NCBI GenBank assembly: GCA_021613535.1
Contig: CP075492.1
Location: forward strand, 6,386,001 to 6,450,000
From: Adineta vaga
Taxonomy: Eukaryota > Animalia > Rotifera
Direction: 5' to 3'
Length of the DNA: 64,000 nucleotides
The notes under the pieces were generated by a model. That model was not told the origin of the DNA, ran no database searches, and saw only the letters and a list, made by a program, of their open reading frames with translations. The position numbers and the translations under genes were made by a program. This document shows positions 1 to 10,974 of the stretch, one piece after another. How positions within the stretch are numbered: position 1 is the first letter of the stretch; every line of letters begins with the position of its first letter.

Positions 1-2990
1 ATAAATGTGTGGTTTTTGTATAAGTATTCATATTCTCAAGAAATTGAATTGATGGTGGAAGATAACCAAGAATACGCCATAAGAGATCATAGTATTGTTT
101 TACTGATGTATTAGATAGACCTTCTAAAATCATATATATATATATACATTGAAATGTTTAAGAAGACATTAGATATTTCTTTACCTTTATTAATTTTTGT
201 GAAATCTAATTGATCTATTAAATGTTCATAAAATTGATTATAAATGGAATTATTATACAATGTATTCAATGCAAATCCATCTAAATAATTTGAATTATTT
301 TTTACGACAACTTGATTAAAATCTTTTGTCATTGTTGTATCATTTTTCGAGATGATGTGTTGAATATTTTCGATAATTTCTGCAGGTATTTCATAGAAAT
401 TATACATGATATATTCGAATAGAATGAATAGATATGTTTTGTTTTCAGTTATTTGAATGATTTTCACGAGTTCGAGAAGAAGAGTTTTTCGTTGTGCAAT
501 TGTTAATTGATGAAAAAAGATGAGAAAGATTTGTAAATGTTCTAATGTTAAATCTTCTGATGAATTGCTGATACTTTGAAGAAATTGATTCCATAGAGAA
601 TAGATTAAATCATGATTTTTTCGTTTTAAAATGATTTTTAAAAGAATAATTAATGTATTACGTGAAAGTTTCAATGACCATGATTGTTCAAATGAAATGC
701 CAAGTTTTTCTAGAAGAAGATTTTCATTTGAATGTGTTAATATATCATTTTGAAGAAGATTATGAATAAAACGTGGTAATATCAATGAATGTTGTATTAA
801 AATTGTCAATTTTTCAATTTGTTCCGTGGTATTAAATGTCAATTTCAGATCATCGAGAAGAATCAATACAGACTCATTTAGATAATTTTTATCCAAATAA
901 TTTATTAGATCGAAATGATCATCGGAATCATAGAATTCATCTGAACAAGTATCGACATCTAAACAACGATTTAATATCGTTCGTTTTCGATTACTTGTTG
1001 ATAATGAACGATGAATCGTCGGTTGAATTGTTGTTGTTGTATTGGTGAGAATTGGTTCAGTAAATAAATCTCTGATATAAAAATCTTCGTCAATCTCTTT
1101 TTCTGTTAGTGTAAGTTCAGATGGTAAAGGTGGTGCATCTGGAACAGTTGATGATGATTTGATTGGTAGAATAGGTGATGAAAGACGTCGAAGAATTGTA
1201 AGAAATAATTTCAATGTTTGATGTTCTTTTAAATATAAATATCGTTGAGATGATTGAAGTGAAGTTGTAAGTGTAAATTTCTCCGGAAGAGAATCTGGTA
1301 GTGAATTATTACCATCGGCATAGGAGAGATCTGAGATGATTTCTCGAGTTGAAAACATTAGAATTGCTACGAGATGAATGAGTAGATTATTGATTGATCT
1401 AATAATTGAGAAAGGAAGACAAAAAAAAATGAATAAGAAATGAATTTCGTATTTTACATACATCTTTGTTTGTTGCTGATTTTCATTAGGTTCATGAGCA
1501 GTCGTCAAATTGCGTAGGATCTGTTGAATTCCTTTTGTTAATATAATTGCTAATAAAAGATGATAATTAAGAAAAACATGTCGCGAATTTTCCAATCGTG
1601 GTGAATATCGTATAATATCACCGAGTTTAATACATATTCGTGCAATATCATGTAAAATCTGATCATTAGTTAGAATTTCATCCATATTTATAGTTAATTG
1701 TACATATTTTAATGCGATTATAAGAGAATTCAATGCCATATTAATAAATTTATTTAAACGATATTCATCAAGTGGTTCAATGATTGGAAGTTGAATAGCA
1801 CGACGAAGAAAATCCAAATCATTTTTCATTGTTATTAAACTATTTAGAAATGAAATATTTCGATATCTTTCTTTACCTTCCGAAATAGTTTACCTTTCTC
1901 GAAATTGAGTATTATTGTCAAATATTTGTGTATCTTTTTGAAGAATATCATTGAGTTGAAGTTTTACATCAGTTAATAATGGCATACGAAACAAAATTTC
2001 ACTGAAAGACTGTTCACCATGTAATTGTTTAAAACAAGTCAATAGAAGTTGACTCAAATGTTCTAAATATGTTATTAAAAATAGATTTGTAAGGTTGAAA
2101 TCTTTCTATTTATACTTGGAAACGTTTGTTTCGTTGTTGTTCCAGTTGAATTTGGTCTTTCGCGTTTATTTCCATTGGAGAGATCTTCCGATGATGAAAA
2201 ATCAAATAATGCAGCATTACATAAAGAATCTACTAGACCCGTTTCACGTCTAGTGATAGTCGTTTTACTCGAAGAACGTAATCGACGATCTAAAATGAAA
2301 TGATATTTCATCACCTCTCGTTTAGTATCACTTCTTACCATCTTTATTGACTTGTGGTGCATCAGTTTTTTTCATTAATTCTAAACATTCTTTGACTTCC
2401 GAAGAAGAAAGACATGTTTGAGAATAACATAAGGATTTAATCGCATTCAATGTTGAAAACTAAGATAACATGAGATAGTGATATTAGAAAAAAAAAGTGA
2501 AAATAATTTACTCGATTCGCATCAGTTATTTTAGGTAGAAGGTTTTGTAAAAGATATTTTAATAATAATTTTCCTACATTGATCACATCAGTAAAATAAG
2601 AACGTTCAACTATGAAAAAGTAAAGAAACGATCAATTAAGTATTAGAGATAAATAATCGACATGAACACACCTCGTGCTAATCCTCCGACGAGATAATGT
2701 GTTGCTAAAATAACAAATGTATTTAAAAACTGTTCATTGATTGGTTCAGGTCGAATGAATAAATCTTCCCTAAATGACACGAACAACAAAGCATTCATTT
2801 TAGTTTTTCAATTTATTAAAAGCACAAACCATTTTAAAATCGATTGAATAAGTTCATTATATTTTGTACTGTTCGAATTCTCGCTAAATGTTTCAATTAA
2901 TGTTTTCCATTCGGATAGAACATTTGATGGCGATTGAGTTTGTTGTTGAGTATCACTATCCGCTGCTGATGGGGATGTGACAATCGTCAT
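1..2990 (-). CDS. UBR4: E3 ubiquitin ligase UBR4/p600-like, 5' portion (multi-exon, runs off the left edge)
   Basis: ATG at 2990. Spliced N-terminus SEWKTLIETF...ELIQSILK / EQFLNTFVILATHYL / VGKLLLKYLLQ resembles the UBR4 N-terminus (W..L..., FYSSFVALSTHYI). Long helical Leu-rich ORF 111-1829; GT-AG introns of about 55 nt. Confidence 0.6.
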
Positions 2991-3168
2991 TTAAATTCCT
3001 TTTTTGTTGTTGTCAATTCAAGTACATAAAAGATTTCAAATTTGTTTCTAGATTTTTCTAGAATGAAACAATCACATGAAGTCGAAATGTCTCTGATATA
3101 TTAGGAGACTTGTTTTTAGTGAACAAATAGAAGAGGGTTGCAAATATAGAGAAAACAAAAACGACTGT

Positions 3169-3184
3169 GAGAGAGAGAGAGAGA
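3169..3184. repeat. (GA)8 microsatellite upstream of UBR4
   Basis: gagagagagagagaga read directly. Confidence 0.85.
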
Positions 3185-3807
3185 AATAAAACTCAGCCGG
3201 CCCGGAGTACAAGTAAATAAATAGAAAACAAATAAGTTTGCTGATTCATTTGTTTCGAACCAATAAACGTGAGATCCATACTGGAAATAGAGGTCGCTAT
3301 AGTGCTATAATATCAAACTATTTCTATAGGACTTATTATACCCATGAATGATGATGATAATTATATGTACATAGTCCTTCTCGCATTAAACGTAACAACC
3401 TTTCCGCAATCTTGACAGAACTATATCAAATATAATATGTGTATTTTTTCTAATCATTTTGACTAATATTACTCATGTGTTATAAAAAAACAGTCACATT
3501 TCTTTTTCTTTTGCAATATAATATGGATGACAGAACACCAAGTGTATATTGTCGTTTTGCTATATTATGTATATATTTCTCTCTTACTTTCTTTCATTCT
3601 TTCTTTTCGGTCTAAATTGTGTTTATCTTCAGCGTGACATGACAACGGGTAATATTTTTTCCCAATAATACTTTTTTTTCTTGGACTACTGTCAACGCGT
3701 CATCAGTCAAAAGTTAATTCCCTCTCGTCTTGATATCATTTCTACTTTTACTATGGACGATATATATATATTTCATCGTTTCTTACAATTGTTTTAGATC
3801 AGCTATC

Positions 3808-4611
3808 ATGCATACAATCTTTTTTCTCATCGTCGGCATTTCTTACATTGCTTTCAATGGTAAATTAAGCAATCGGTTACTTCCTATTTAAATAAATATA
3901 TATGTTTATTGATTTCAGATGCAGCAAGTCTTTCTTTAAATGAACAAAAGATCACATTACGTGGACGAGTTGTATTTCCTGATGGTCCACGCACTCCAAT
4001 TGAATCTGATGGAGTTCTAACTGTTGAACTGCAAGATACATCATTAATGGATGTATCTGCACGTGTTATCGCTCGAGGCACAGGCAAAGCTATTCGATTT
4101 CCCATGGCTTTTGCTGTAAAATATTTTTCAAAAGAAATTTCTCCTGGAAACACCTATTCATTACGTGTTACTATCAGAAATAAGAAAAATGAATTATTAT
4201 ATATCAATGATGTTCATATTGCTGTTACTCCAATTGGCACAGAACGAACAAAATTCATCGATGTACCTGTTATACTTGTTAAAAGTAAAATGAAGATCGA
4301 TTTTTCTGCTTTTTCTATCTGTAACTTTTCAAATATTTAGAATCAACACCAAAATTAAATAGACAGCAATGGCCAGAATTGGTTGGCAAAACTGGACAAG
4401 AAGCTGTTCAAACAATCAAACAGGAGACAGGTAGGGTTTTTTCTAAGTATTTTAAATTCATATGAAACTTTGCGCGAATGATTCAATAGGATTTAAAAAT
4501 GTTATGACAATCAACGAAGGCTCAGTGATTACAATGGATTTTTGTTCGAATCGCGTTCGTGTTTTCGTCAATAAGAAGGGAATTGTCAGCCGAACTCCTA
4601 CCATTGCCTAA
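3808..4611 (+). CDS. Secreted YbaY/YscW-like domain + potato inhibitor I (I13) fusion protein, paralogue A (P1 Met)
   Basis: Exons about 3808-3859, 3919-4284, 4341-4430, 4490-4611. Signal MHTIFFLIVGISYIAFN; YbaY-type LRGRVVFP...LTVELQDTSLMDVSARVIA...FPMAFAVKY...YSLRVTI; then QQWPELVGKTGQEAVQTIKQETG..VITM-DFCSNRVRVFVNKKGIVSRTPTIA*, the I13 WPELVG and RVR signature. Confidence 0.85.
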
Positions 4612-4853
4612 ACAATATTATTCGATAAAAACAGTCACATGAACTGAAAAATACACATTTTCTTTGGAACATATCATTACAATAACCCTCTCCATTTTTC
4701 ACAAACCTATCTAACTGCTTGTTGCTCTAATATTTTTTTATAAATAATGCATAAAACCCTCTTGAGAGTGAGAAAACTTTATTCAAATGAAGCGTATATT
4801 ACAATGAAATGGCGATAAAAAAGAGTTTATGATGTCTCTTCCATGATACACAT

Positions 4854-5242
4854 TTAACTGCAGTATGGTTGATCATTTCCCCATGATCGACATGATGATG
4901 GACATTTACCAATTGTGATCCATTGATTACCACCAACACATTGAACAATGCTTGCACCGTTCACAAAATAACATTCATACTTGCCTCGTGGAACACATCG
5001 ACCTGTTGTTGTTGTACAATCACATTGACGACGATTACGAATGGGTTCTATTAGATCAGGCGATAACATGTCTTCACACAATGATTCAGAAATGCGACTT
5101 AAAACTTACCATCGAGAGTAGCAGGATCGATGATGTTCAGTTCATTCAATTGTTGTTCTGCTGTTTCGATTGGACTAGCCGAGGCATGAAAAACCAATGC
5201 CAAGGCAACCAAAGCGAAGATAAATAATGATAAGGTTTGCAT
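4854..5242 (-). CDS. Secreted 8-Cys prepropeptide, copy 1 (108 aa, 2 exons)
   Basis: MQTLSLFIFALVALALVFHASA signal, acidic pro-region, 62-nt intron, EPIRNRR cleavage site, mature QCDCTTTTGRCVPRGKYECYFVNGASIVQCVGGNQWITIGKCPSSCRSWGNDQPYCS*. Confidence 0.9.
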
Positions 5243-5645
5243 GTTTTCTAGAACTAAATCAAAGAGTAAAAGAATTTACATCTCAATAGTATTAACGAGT
5301 AAGAATACTACAGGCGTTTCTATCTCTGTATATGTCATACTAAGCTCAGTCTTCTAACTATAATAAGAGAAGATCTACCAGTAAAGTACTAATACGACTG
5401 GTATTGTTATATTTATATAGTTTGAGTTTGTATTGATAGGAAAAGAAAGACATAGTTACCTATCGGCCCACGCATTCGCCTGTACATATGTGGATGAATG
5501 TCTCTGTGAGAGTGTGGGTTTACCCATTCGCCTACTACTTCTACACAAACGTATTTGCGTATTGGGAAAGAACTGATACCTCACTTTCACCACAGAATGA
5601 CTTTTTTCTATTGCGTTGATCTCACTCGACGTTGTCAACTGCTCC

Positions 5646-5653
5646 TATAAATA
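5646..5653 (+). promoter_or_regulatory. TATA box of peptide copy 2 (mirrored at 8052-8059 for copy 3)
   Basis: TATAAATA followed by a short leader and a 5'UTR intron (caag|gtaaag...tgtag|aaacATG). Confidence 0.65.
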
Positions 5654-5773
5654 CTCGAGTATCATTTCACACACTCATCATCAGTAACAACTCAAATCAA
5701 CATAAAAAACCAAGGTAAAGTATATTCCACTCTGCGATCTAATCTGTAGAAATCCATGTATCATTGTAGAAAC

Positions 5774-6162
5774 ATGCAAATCTCATCATTATTCATCTTC
5801 GCTTTCGTTGCCTTGGCATTGGTTTTCCAAGCCTCGGCTAGTCCAATCGAAACAGCAGAGCAAGGATTGAATGAACTGAACATCATCGATCCTGCTACTC
5901 TCGATGGTAAGTTTTAAGTCGCATTTCTGAATCATTGTGTGAAGACATGTTATCGCCTGATCTAATAGAACCCATTCGTAATCGTCGTCAATGTGATTGT
6001 ACAACAACAACAGGTCGATGTGTTCCACGAGGCAAGTATGAATGTTATTTTGTGAACGGTGCAAGCATTGTTCAATGTGTTGGTGGTAATCAATGGATCA
6101 CAATTGGTAAATGTCCATCATCATGTCGATCATGGGGAAATGATCAACCATACTGCAGTTAA
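5774..6162 (+). CDS. Secreted 8-Cys prepropeptide, copy 2 (108 aa; exons 5774-5906, 5969-6162)
   Basis: MQISSLFIFAFVALALVFQASA-SPIETAEQGLNELNIIDPATLDEPIRNRR-QCDC...PYCS*; canonical GT-AG intron. Confidence 0.9.
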
Positions 6163-7542
6163 ATGTGTATCATGGAAGAGACATCATAAACTCTTTTTTA
6201 TCGCCATTTCATTGTAATATAAAATTTTATTCGAATAAAGTACACTGTTTTATCAACCAACGGTAGTGAGATTTTCAGTGTTTCCTGCTATATTCTTTAG
6301 CGCATGTGAAAAGTGATGTCACTACGAATGACACACAGAGGAAGAAGTATGTGTTAATAAACTATAGGTAAGTGCTAATGTATACATCTCTGAAGTGTAG
6401 CTCTCATTTTAAGAAAAATAGATTCTAGGTTCTGTTTTTGATAGTACAGTCGAAATCGGCCTCAATGTCTTATAAGTTTGGCGAAAACAAAATACTTGAA
6501 TGTCTCAGCTCAACATAAAATAGTTAGTCTCTTATAAATTCATCATCGTTTTAATGTTCATGGAAGTAGCGTAAACTGAGAATTGACAGCAAGTAGTCTT
6601 GAACCATATCTGATGACCATATCAATGAGCGCTTTTTAAACAAGGATATGAGTTGAACACTAATGATTTTTTCATCACTTTATTTCATTTTATAGGGGGA
6701 ATTAGCGAAAATAAATGTTAAATCACAATAACAGAGCCGGCATCAGGGAACAACCAAATAAATAGGTACATATAGAACAGTAAGATATTTTGTAATAAAG
6801 TAATCGCAGCCGATACGCTATTAAAAACAGGGGCTAAAAACTACCAGCTGAAATGATTCTACGATAATGACTGGGATGTTCTACATGCTTTAACAACTAT
6901 ACAAATTTTTACATTTGTATATCGAAATCCGTTTAAAGATTTCCGACGCACCTATTGTGCAACGAACAAATATACGTGGTTATAGCGGGCAGAGACATCC
7001 GAAAATACATGACTGTTTAGGCATCAAAAGCTGGCAAACTGTTATCTCAAACGTAGAGATGATCAAAAACACTTCAGTAACATCCAAAGCTCTACTTTCC
7101 AGCATCAAGCATAGAGCAGATATTACGCGTCAAACAACAAATGTTTCAAAAAGACAATATAATATACAAAGGTAACTACTAGAAGCGAAACATTCATGAA
7201 TCTCATATTAGTTGCCTCAATATCTTACCGTCATCTGAATAACCCGTGAGGCATAGATTTCTTTTTTCGCATTAGAAATCTCCATCATACTCTTCTTCTA
7301 ATTTCTATAAATTGCTAAACCATTGTATCCTTGCTTAATCATAACATTATAACGTAAAACGTCAAGCGCATACCGTCCCTTTTATGCATTTCAGAGTATT
7401 TCTTGATGCAAAACTAATGACCTCTCATATATATACATCGCGAATATTTATTGATATTAGAAGTATTTCGTGTAAATATTTGAACAGAAATGTACAATGA
7501 AAGAAAAAAGAAAGTTTATAAAGTATATTCGACGATGCAGAT

Positions 7543-7931
7543 TTAACTACAGTATGGTTGATCATTTCCCCATGATCGACATGACGATGGACAGTTACCA
7601 ATTGTGATCCATTGATTACCACCAACACATTGAACAATGCTTGCACCGTTCACAAAATAACATTCATACTTGCCTCGTGGAACACATCGACCTGTTGTTG
7701 TTGTACAATCACATTGACGACGATTACGAATCGGTTCTATTAGATCGGGCGATAACACGTCTTCACACAATGATTCAGAAATGCGACTTAAAACTTACCA
7801 TCGAGAGTAGCAGGATCGATGATGTTCAGTTCATTCAATTGTTGTTCTGCTGTTTCGATTGGACTAGCCGAGGCATGAAAAACCAATGCCAAGGCAACCA
7901 AAGCGAAGATGAATAATGATGAGGTTTGCAT
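7543..7931 (-). CDS. Secreted 8-Cys prepropeptide, copy 3 (108 aa, K->N variant)
   Basis: MQTSSLFIFALVALALVFHASA...EPIRNRR-QCDC...ITIGNCPSSC...PYCS*; same 389-bp gene span as the other two copies. Confidence 0.9.
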
Positions 7932-8805
7932 GTTTCTACAATGATACATGGGTTTCTACAGATTAGATCGCAGAGTGGAATATATTTTACCTTGGTTTTT
8001 TATGTTGATTTGAGTTGTTACTGATGATGAGTGTGTGAAATGATACTCGAGTATTTATAGGAGCAGTTGACAACGTCGAGTGAGATCAACGCAATAGAAA
8101 AAAGTCATTCTGTGGTGAAAGTGAGGTATCAGTTCTTTCCCAATGCGCAAATGCGTTTGTGTAGAAGTAGTAGGCGAATGGGTAAACCCACACTCTCATA
8201 GAGACATTCATCCACATATGTACAGGTGAATGCATGGGTTGAAAGGTAATTCTGCTTTGTTCTATATATAGTTACAGATAACCGATTACTTTTTATTACC
8301 TTTTGCAATAGAGAATATTAAAAATAGACAGGAATACGATATTTATAGGAAAGTTGAGAAGACTCAAACCTAAAGTTTTATTTATATTGAACCATTCGCG
8401 TATTTCTTCTAAACTTGGTATGTGTAACTTTCTACGTTGAGGAAAGTTAATTGGTATGATAACTCCTGGAAGTTCTTTTTTGTATATTAATCAGAAGGGT
8501 AACTAATATTTCCAGTTCGTGAGTGAGATATGTATTGATTTGATGATGATTATATTGATTTTTATTCACTCTGCTAGATTATTGTGCGTTTTTTTTATAA
8601 AACCGATGTAGTTATAGAGGGCAAGTAGTTGATTGAGAGAAAAATTCTCGAATAAAAATGTACTACGTCTCACTAAACATAAACTTGAGTGTGTCTTCTT
8701 GAATTCACAGTGCCTGAGAAACAAAAAGTAGAAACCTAGCGAGTGTTAATTAACATTATGTAGATTCGAAAAAACTCCATATACATAATACACGTAATAT
8801 TTTTT

Positions 8806-9768
8806 TTATGTAAGAGAAGCAGGTACAATTAAATTCTTTCGATTCATCCAACTTTTTGCTTGTCGTTTAATTTTGTTTGTTACTTCTGGTAGGCAACCAA
8901 TGCATACATAAGGTAACAGAAGGGTTAAGAGCCAATAGACATAGAAAAGATAGACATTTTTCACATAAGCCAGTGTTGAGGACAGTCCAACGAGTAAATC
9001 AATTACTTGTATGAATGTGTAAGGTCCCATACAAATAAAATAAAGCGCTGAAATCGATAATAGTTGTAAAATCATTCGACGATGCTTACGCCATACATTA
9101 TCTCGATGTAGTATTGGTCTTTTTCGTTTAATCACACGAATAACAAGACAGAGAGAAAATAACGCACTGAACAATGCTGGAAGCCAACTATGAACAAAAA
9201 GATCGTAGAGTGAAATAATTGAATCTTCAGTAAAACATGGTTGACCACAGAGTGGTAAATCAAAATGAAAATGTTGCTTACATGAATGTATAAAGATAAC
9301 TATGATGTAGAATATTATCAAATAAATAACGATTAGAAATAATGGTAAATAATGAATTAAGAATCGACGTTTGCTAGTATTAATAAGATGACTATGAAAA
9401 ACAAGAATATGTCGCTCAAATGATGTCCATAACATCAATAGATTAGCTTGGCCATATAATAAATAGTCACACCATTGCCAAATAAGACAACTAGCTATTG
9501 TTTGTGCTCCAACAACACCAAGACGTAAATAATGTAAAATACGTGGTATTTCAATAAGATTTGTCAACAACGATACAATAAGAAGTGCTAAAATAGCGTG
9601 ATGATGTATCCCTAGACGAAGATGACGATTTGTAATAAGATAAAAAACAAATAAACAATTACAAATAAGGGAAGGTGGTTCGAGTACGAGGAAAACACAA
9701 AATTTACTGTATCGTGTAAAAGTTGTTTCTGATAATTTCGAATTCGAATTGTTAAGGAAAGAACTCAT
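8806..9768 (-). CDS. Orphan rhodopsin-like (class A) GPCR, intronless
   Basis: 320 aa with 7 hydrophobic segments, SFERH (DRY-equivalent), Cys at the TM3 start, LLPYVC in TM7. Confidence 0.85.
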   Translation of the reverse strand: MSSFLNNSNSKLSETTFTRYSKFCVFLVLEPPSLICNCLFVFYLITNRHLRLGIHHHAILALLIVSLLTNLIEIPRILHYLRLGVVGAQTIASCLIWQWCDYLLYGQANLLMLWTSFERHILVFHSHLINTSKRRFLIHYLPLFLIVIYLIIFYIIVIFIHSCKQHFHFDLPLCGQPCFTEDSIISLYDLFVHSWLPALFSALFSLCLVIRVIKRKRPILHRDNVWRKHRRMILQLLSISALYFICMGPYTFIQVIDLLVGLSSTLAYVKNVYLFYVYWLLTLLLPYVCIGCLPEVTNKIKRQAKSWMNRKNLIVPASLT

Positions 9769-10277
9769 TTATGTCCTCGCCATAATTGTTATAGACTGTA
9801 CGTAAAACGATTGTCTCATTCGTTGTAATTCCATCGTATAAATTGAATAATAAACTACGTGTATATATAATTTCCTATCTCGAACATTCAGAACGTGCTT
9901 AAACTTCTGTTTGTCTAGTTATGATGACGACATACTGTGTAGATATCGTATATCTATTTGAGGATATTTTTAAGTAAATTAATCAAAAACAGATTCTGCG
10001 TAGGATATTCAATCAAAAATATTACAAGGTAATATTCAGTATATCGATGACAAATAGGATCGATAAAGCATGATTCAAGAAATGAAACTAGTTTCATCAA
10101 TTTCTATGCGATGAATATAGGTTATATTATTTATATTTATTTTGATATCATGTGCGTTGTTGTTTTTATTTACATATACAGACGTTAGATGGACACATTT
10201 TAGTTTGCTCTTCCTTTTTCCAATCATCATCATCTATAGGTAATGAATAATTATATATTGATCAAATCAAATATCAA

Positions 10278-10768
10278 ATGGCCCAATTACAAGTCACCAT
10301 TATCGAAGGAAGAAATTTGAAAAAGAAAGATTTTTTTAGTGAAAGTGATCCATTTGTTCAAATCTATCTGGATGATAAAAATCAAAAACAAAAAACCAAA
10401 GTAAAAAATAATACAAAAAATCCTCAATGGAATCAATCATTTGTTTTGTATGATATGAATTTCATCTAGTTTTTCTTATGATTAAATTCAATTGAATTTA
10501 TTTAGTAATCATCTCAAAGGACAAAATATCTTACATGTTGATGTTTATGATAAAGATACATTTATCGATGACAAAATTGGATCGATAGAAATTGATTTAC
10601 ATGAATTATATGAAAAACGTACTGATCTTTGTCATATATAAATGTATTTTAAGTTTTCTCCATTTTCTAGGTCAGATTGATGAATGGTATGATCTTCCAT
10701 CTCGATTTGGTAGATCATCTCACGGTGAAATTCATTTGATACTTGATTATCAACCACTCAAATTTTAA
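10278..10768 (+). CDS. Small single-C2-domain protein (3 exons, ~127 aa)
   Basis: LQVTIIEGRNLKKKDFFSESDPFV...TKNPQWNQSF / LHVDVYDKDTFIDDKIG / IDEWYDL...GEIHLILDY. Ca-binding Asp residues are present. Confidence 0.85.
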
Positions 10769-10974
10769 TTTATCTGTACTCATCAATATATAGTTTGAAC
10801 TTTGAAAGTTGTTGCTCTAGTAAACTAAAGATTGCTCTTTGTTTCGCTAATTTTCGTTATCACAATGTTCTCTTTTCTAACAAACTACATCATATGTGTA
10901 TTAACAAATTGAATTTGTTTATTGTATGATAACAGAAATCCATGAGTATGTAACAAATATTTACATGAAAACAA

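Larger units (their letters stand above)
4795..6221. repeat. Inverted repeat: arms ~4795-5247 and ~5769-6221 (peptide copies 1 and 2, head-to-head)
   Basis: The arms are reverse complements. Intron and exon 2 are identical and ~55 nt of 3'UTR nearly so; the spacer is about 520 bp. Confidence 0.95.
5456..8249. repeat. Inverted repeat: arms ~5456-6163 and ~7542-8249 (peptide copies 2 and 3 including promoter, tail-to-tail)
   Basis: About 700-bp reverse-complement arms sharing ~320 bp of upstream sequence; spacer about 1.4 kb. Confidence 0.95.

Noticed and set aside
1400-1460. Hydrophobic TM-like stretch in the 572-aa UBR4 ORF
   Set aside because: Looks like a stop-free in-frame intron (gtatgt...tag with poly-T), not a membrane segment
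5935-5968. ORF-track start MCEDMLSPDLI for the Cys-rich peptide
   Set aside because: It lies within the 62-nt intron; the true start is 5774 (5242 and 7931 for the other copies).
6240-7430. Spacer between peptide copies 2 and 3, including ORF 6915-7175
   Set aside because: No recognisable protein motif, TIR or consistent splice structure on either strand
4952-7916. Three 91-aa ORFs (MHRSQNN...) repeated antisense to the peptide genes
   Set aside because: Shadow frames. The opposite strand has the signal peptide, splice sites, TATA and Cys pattern.
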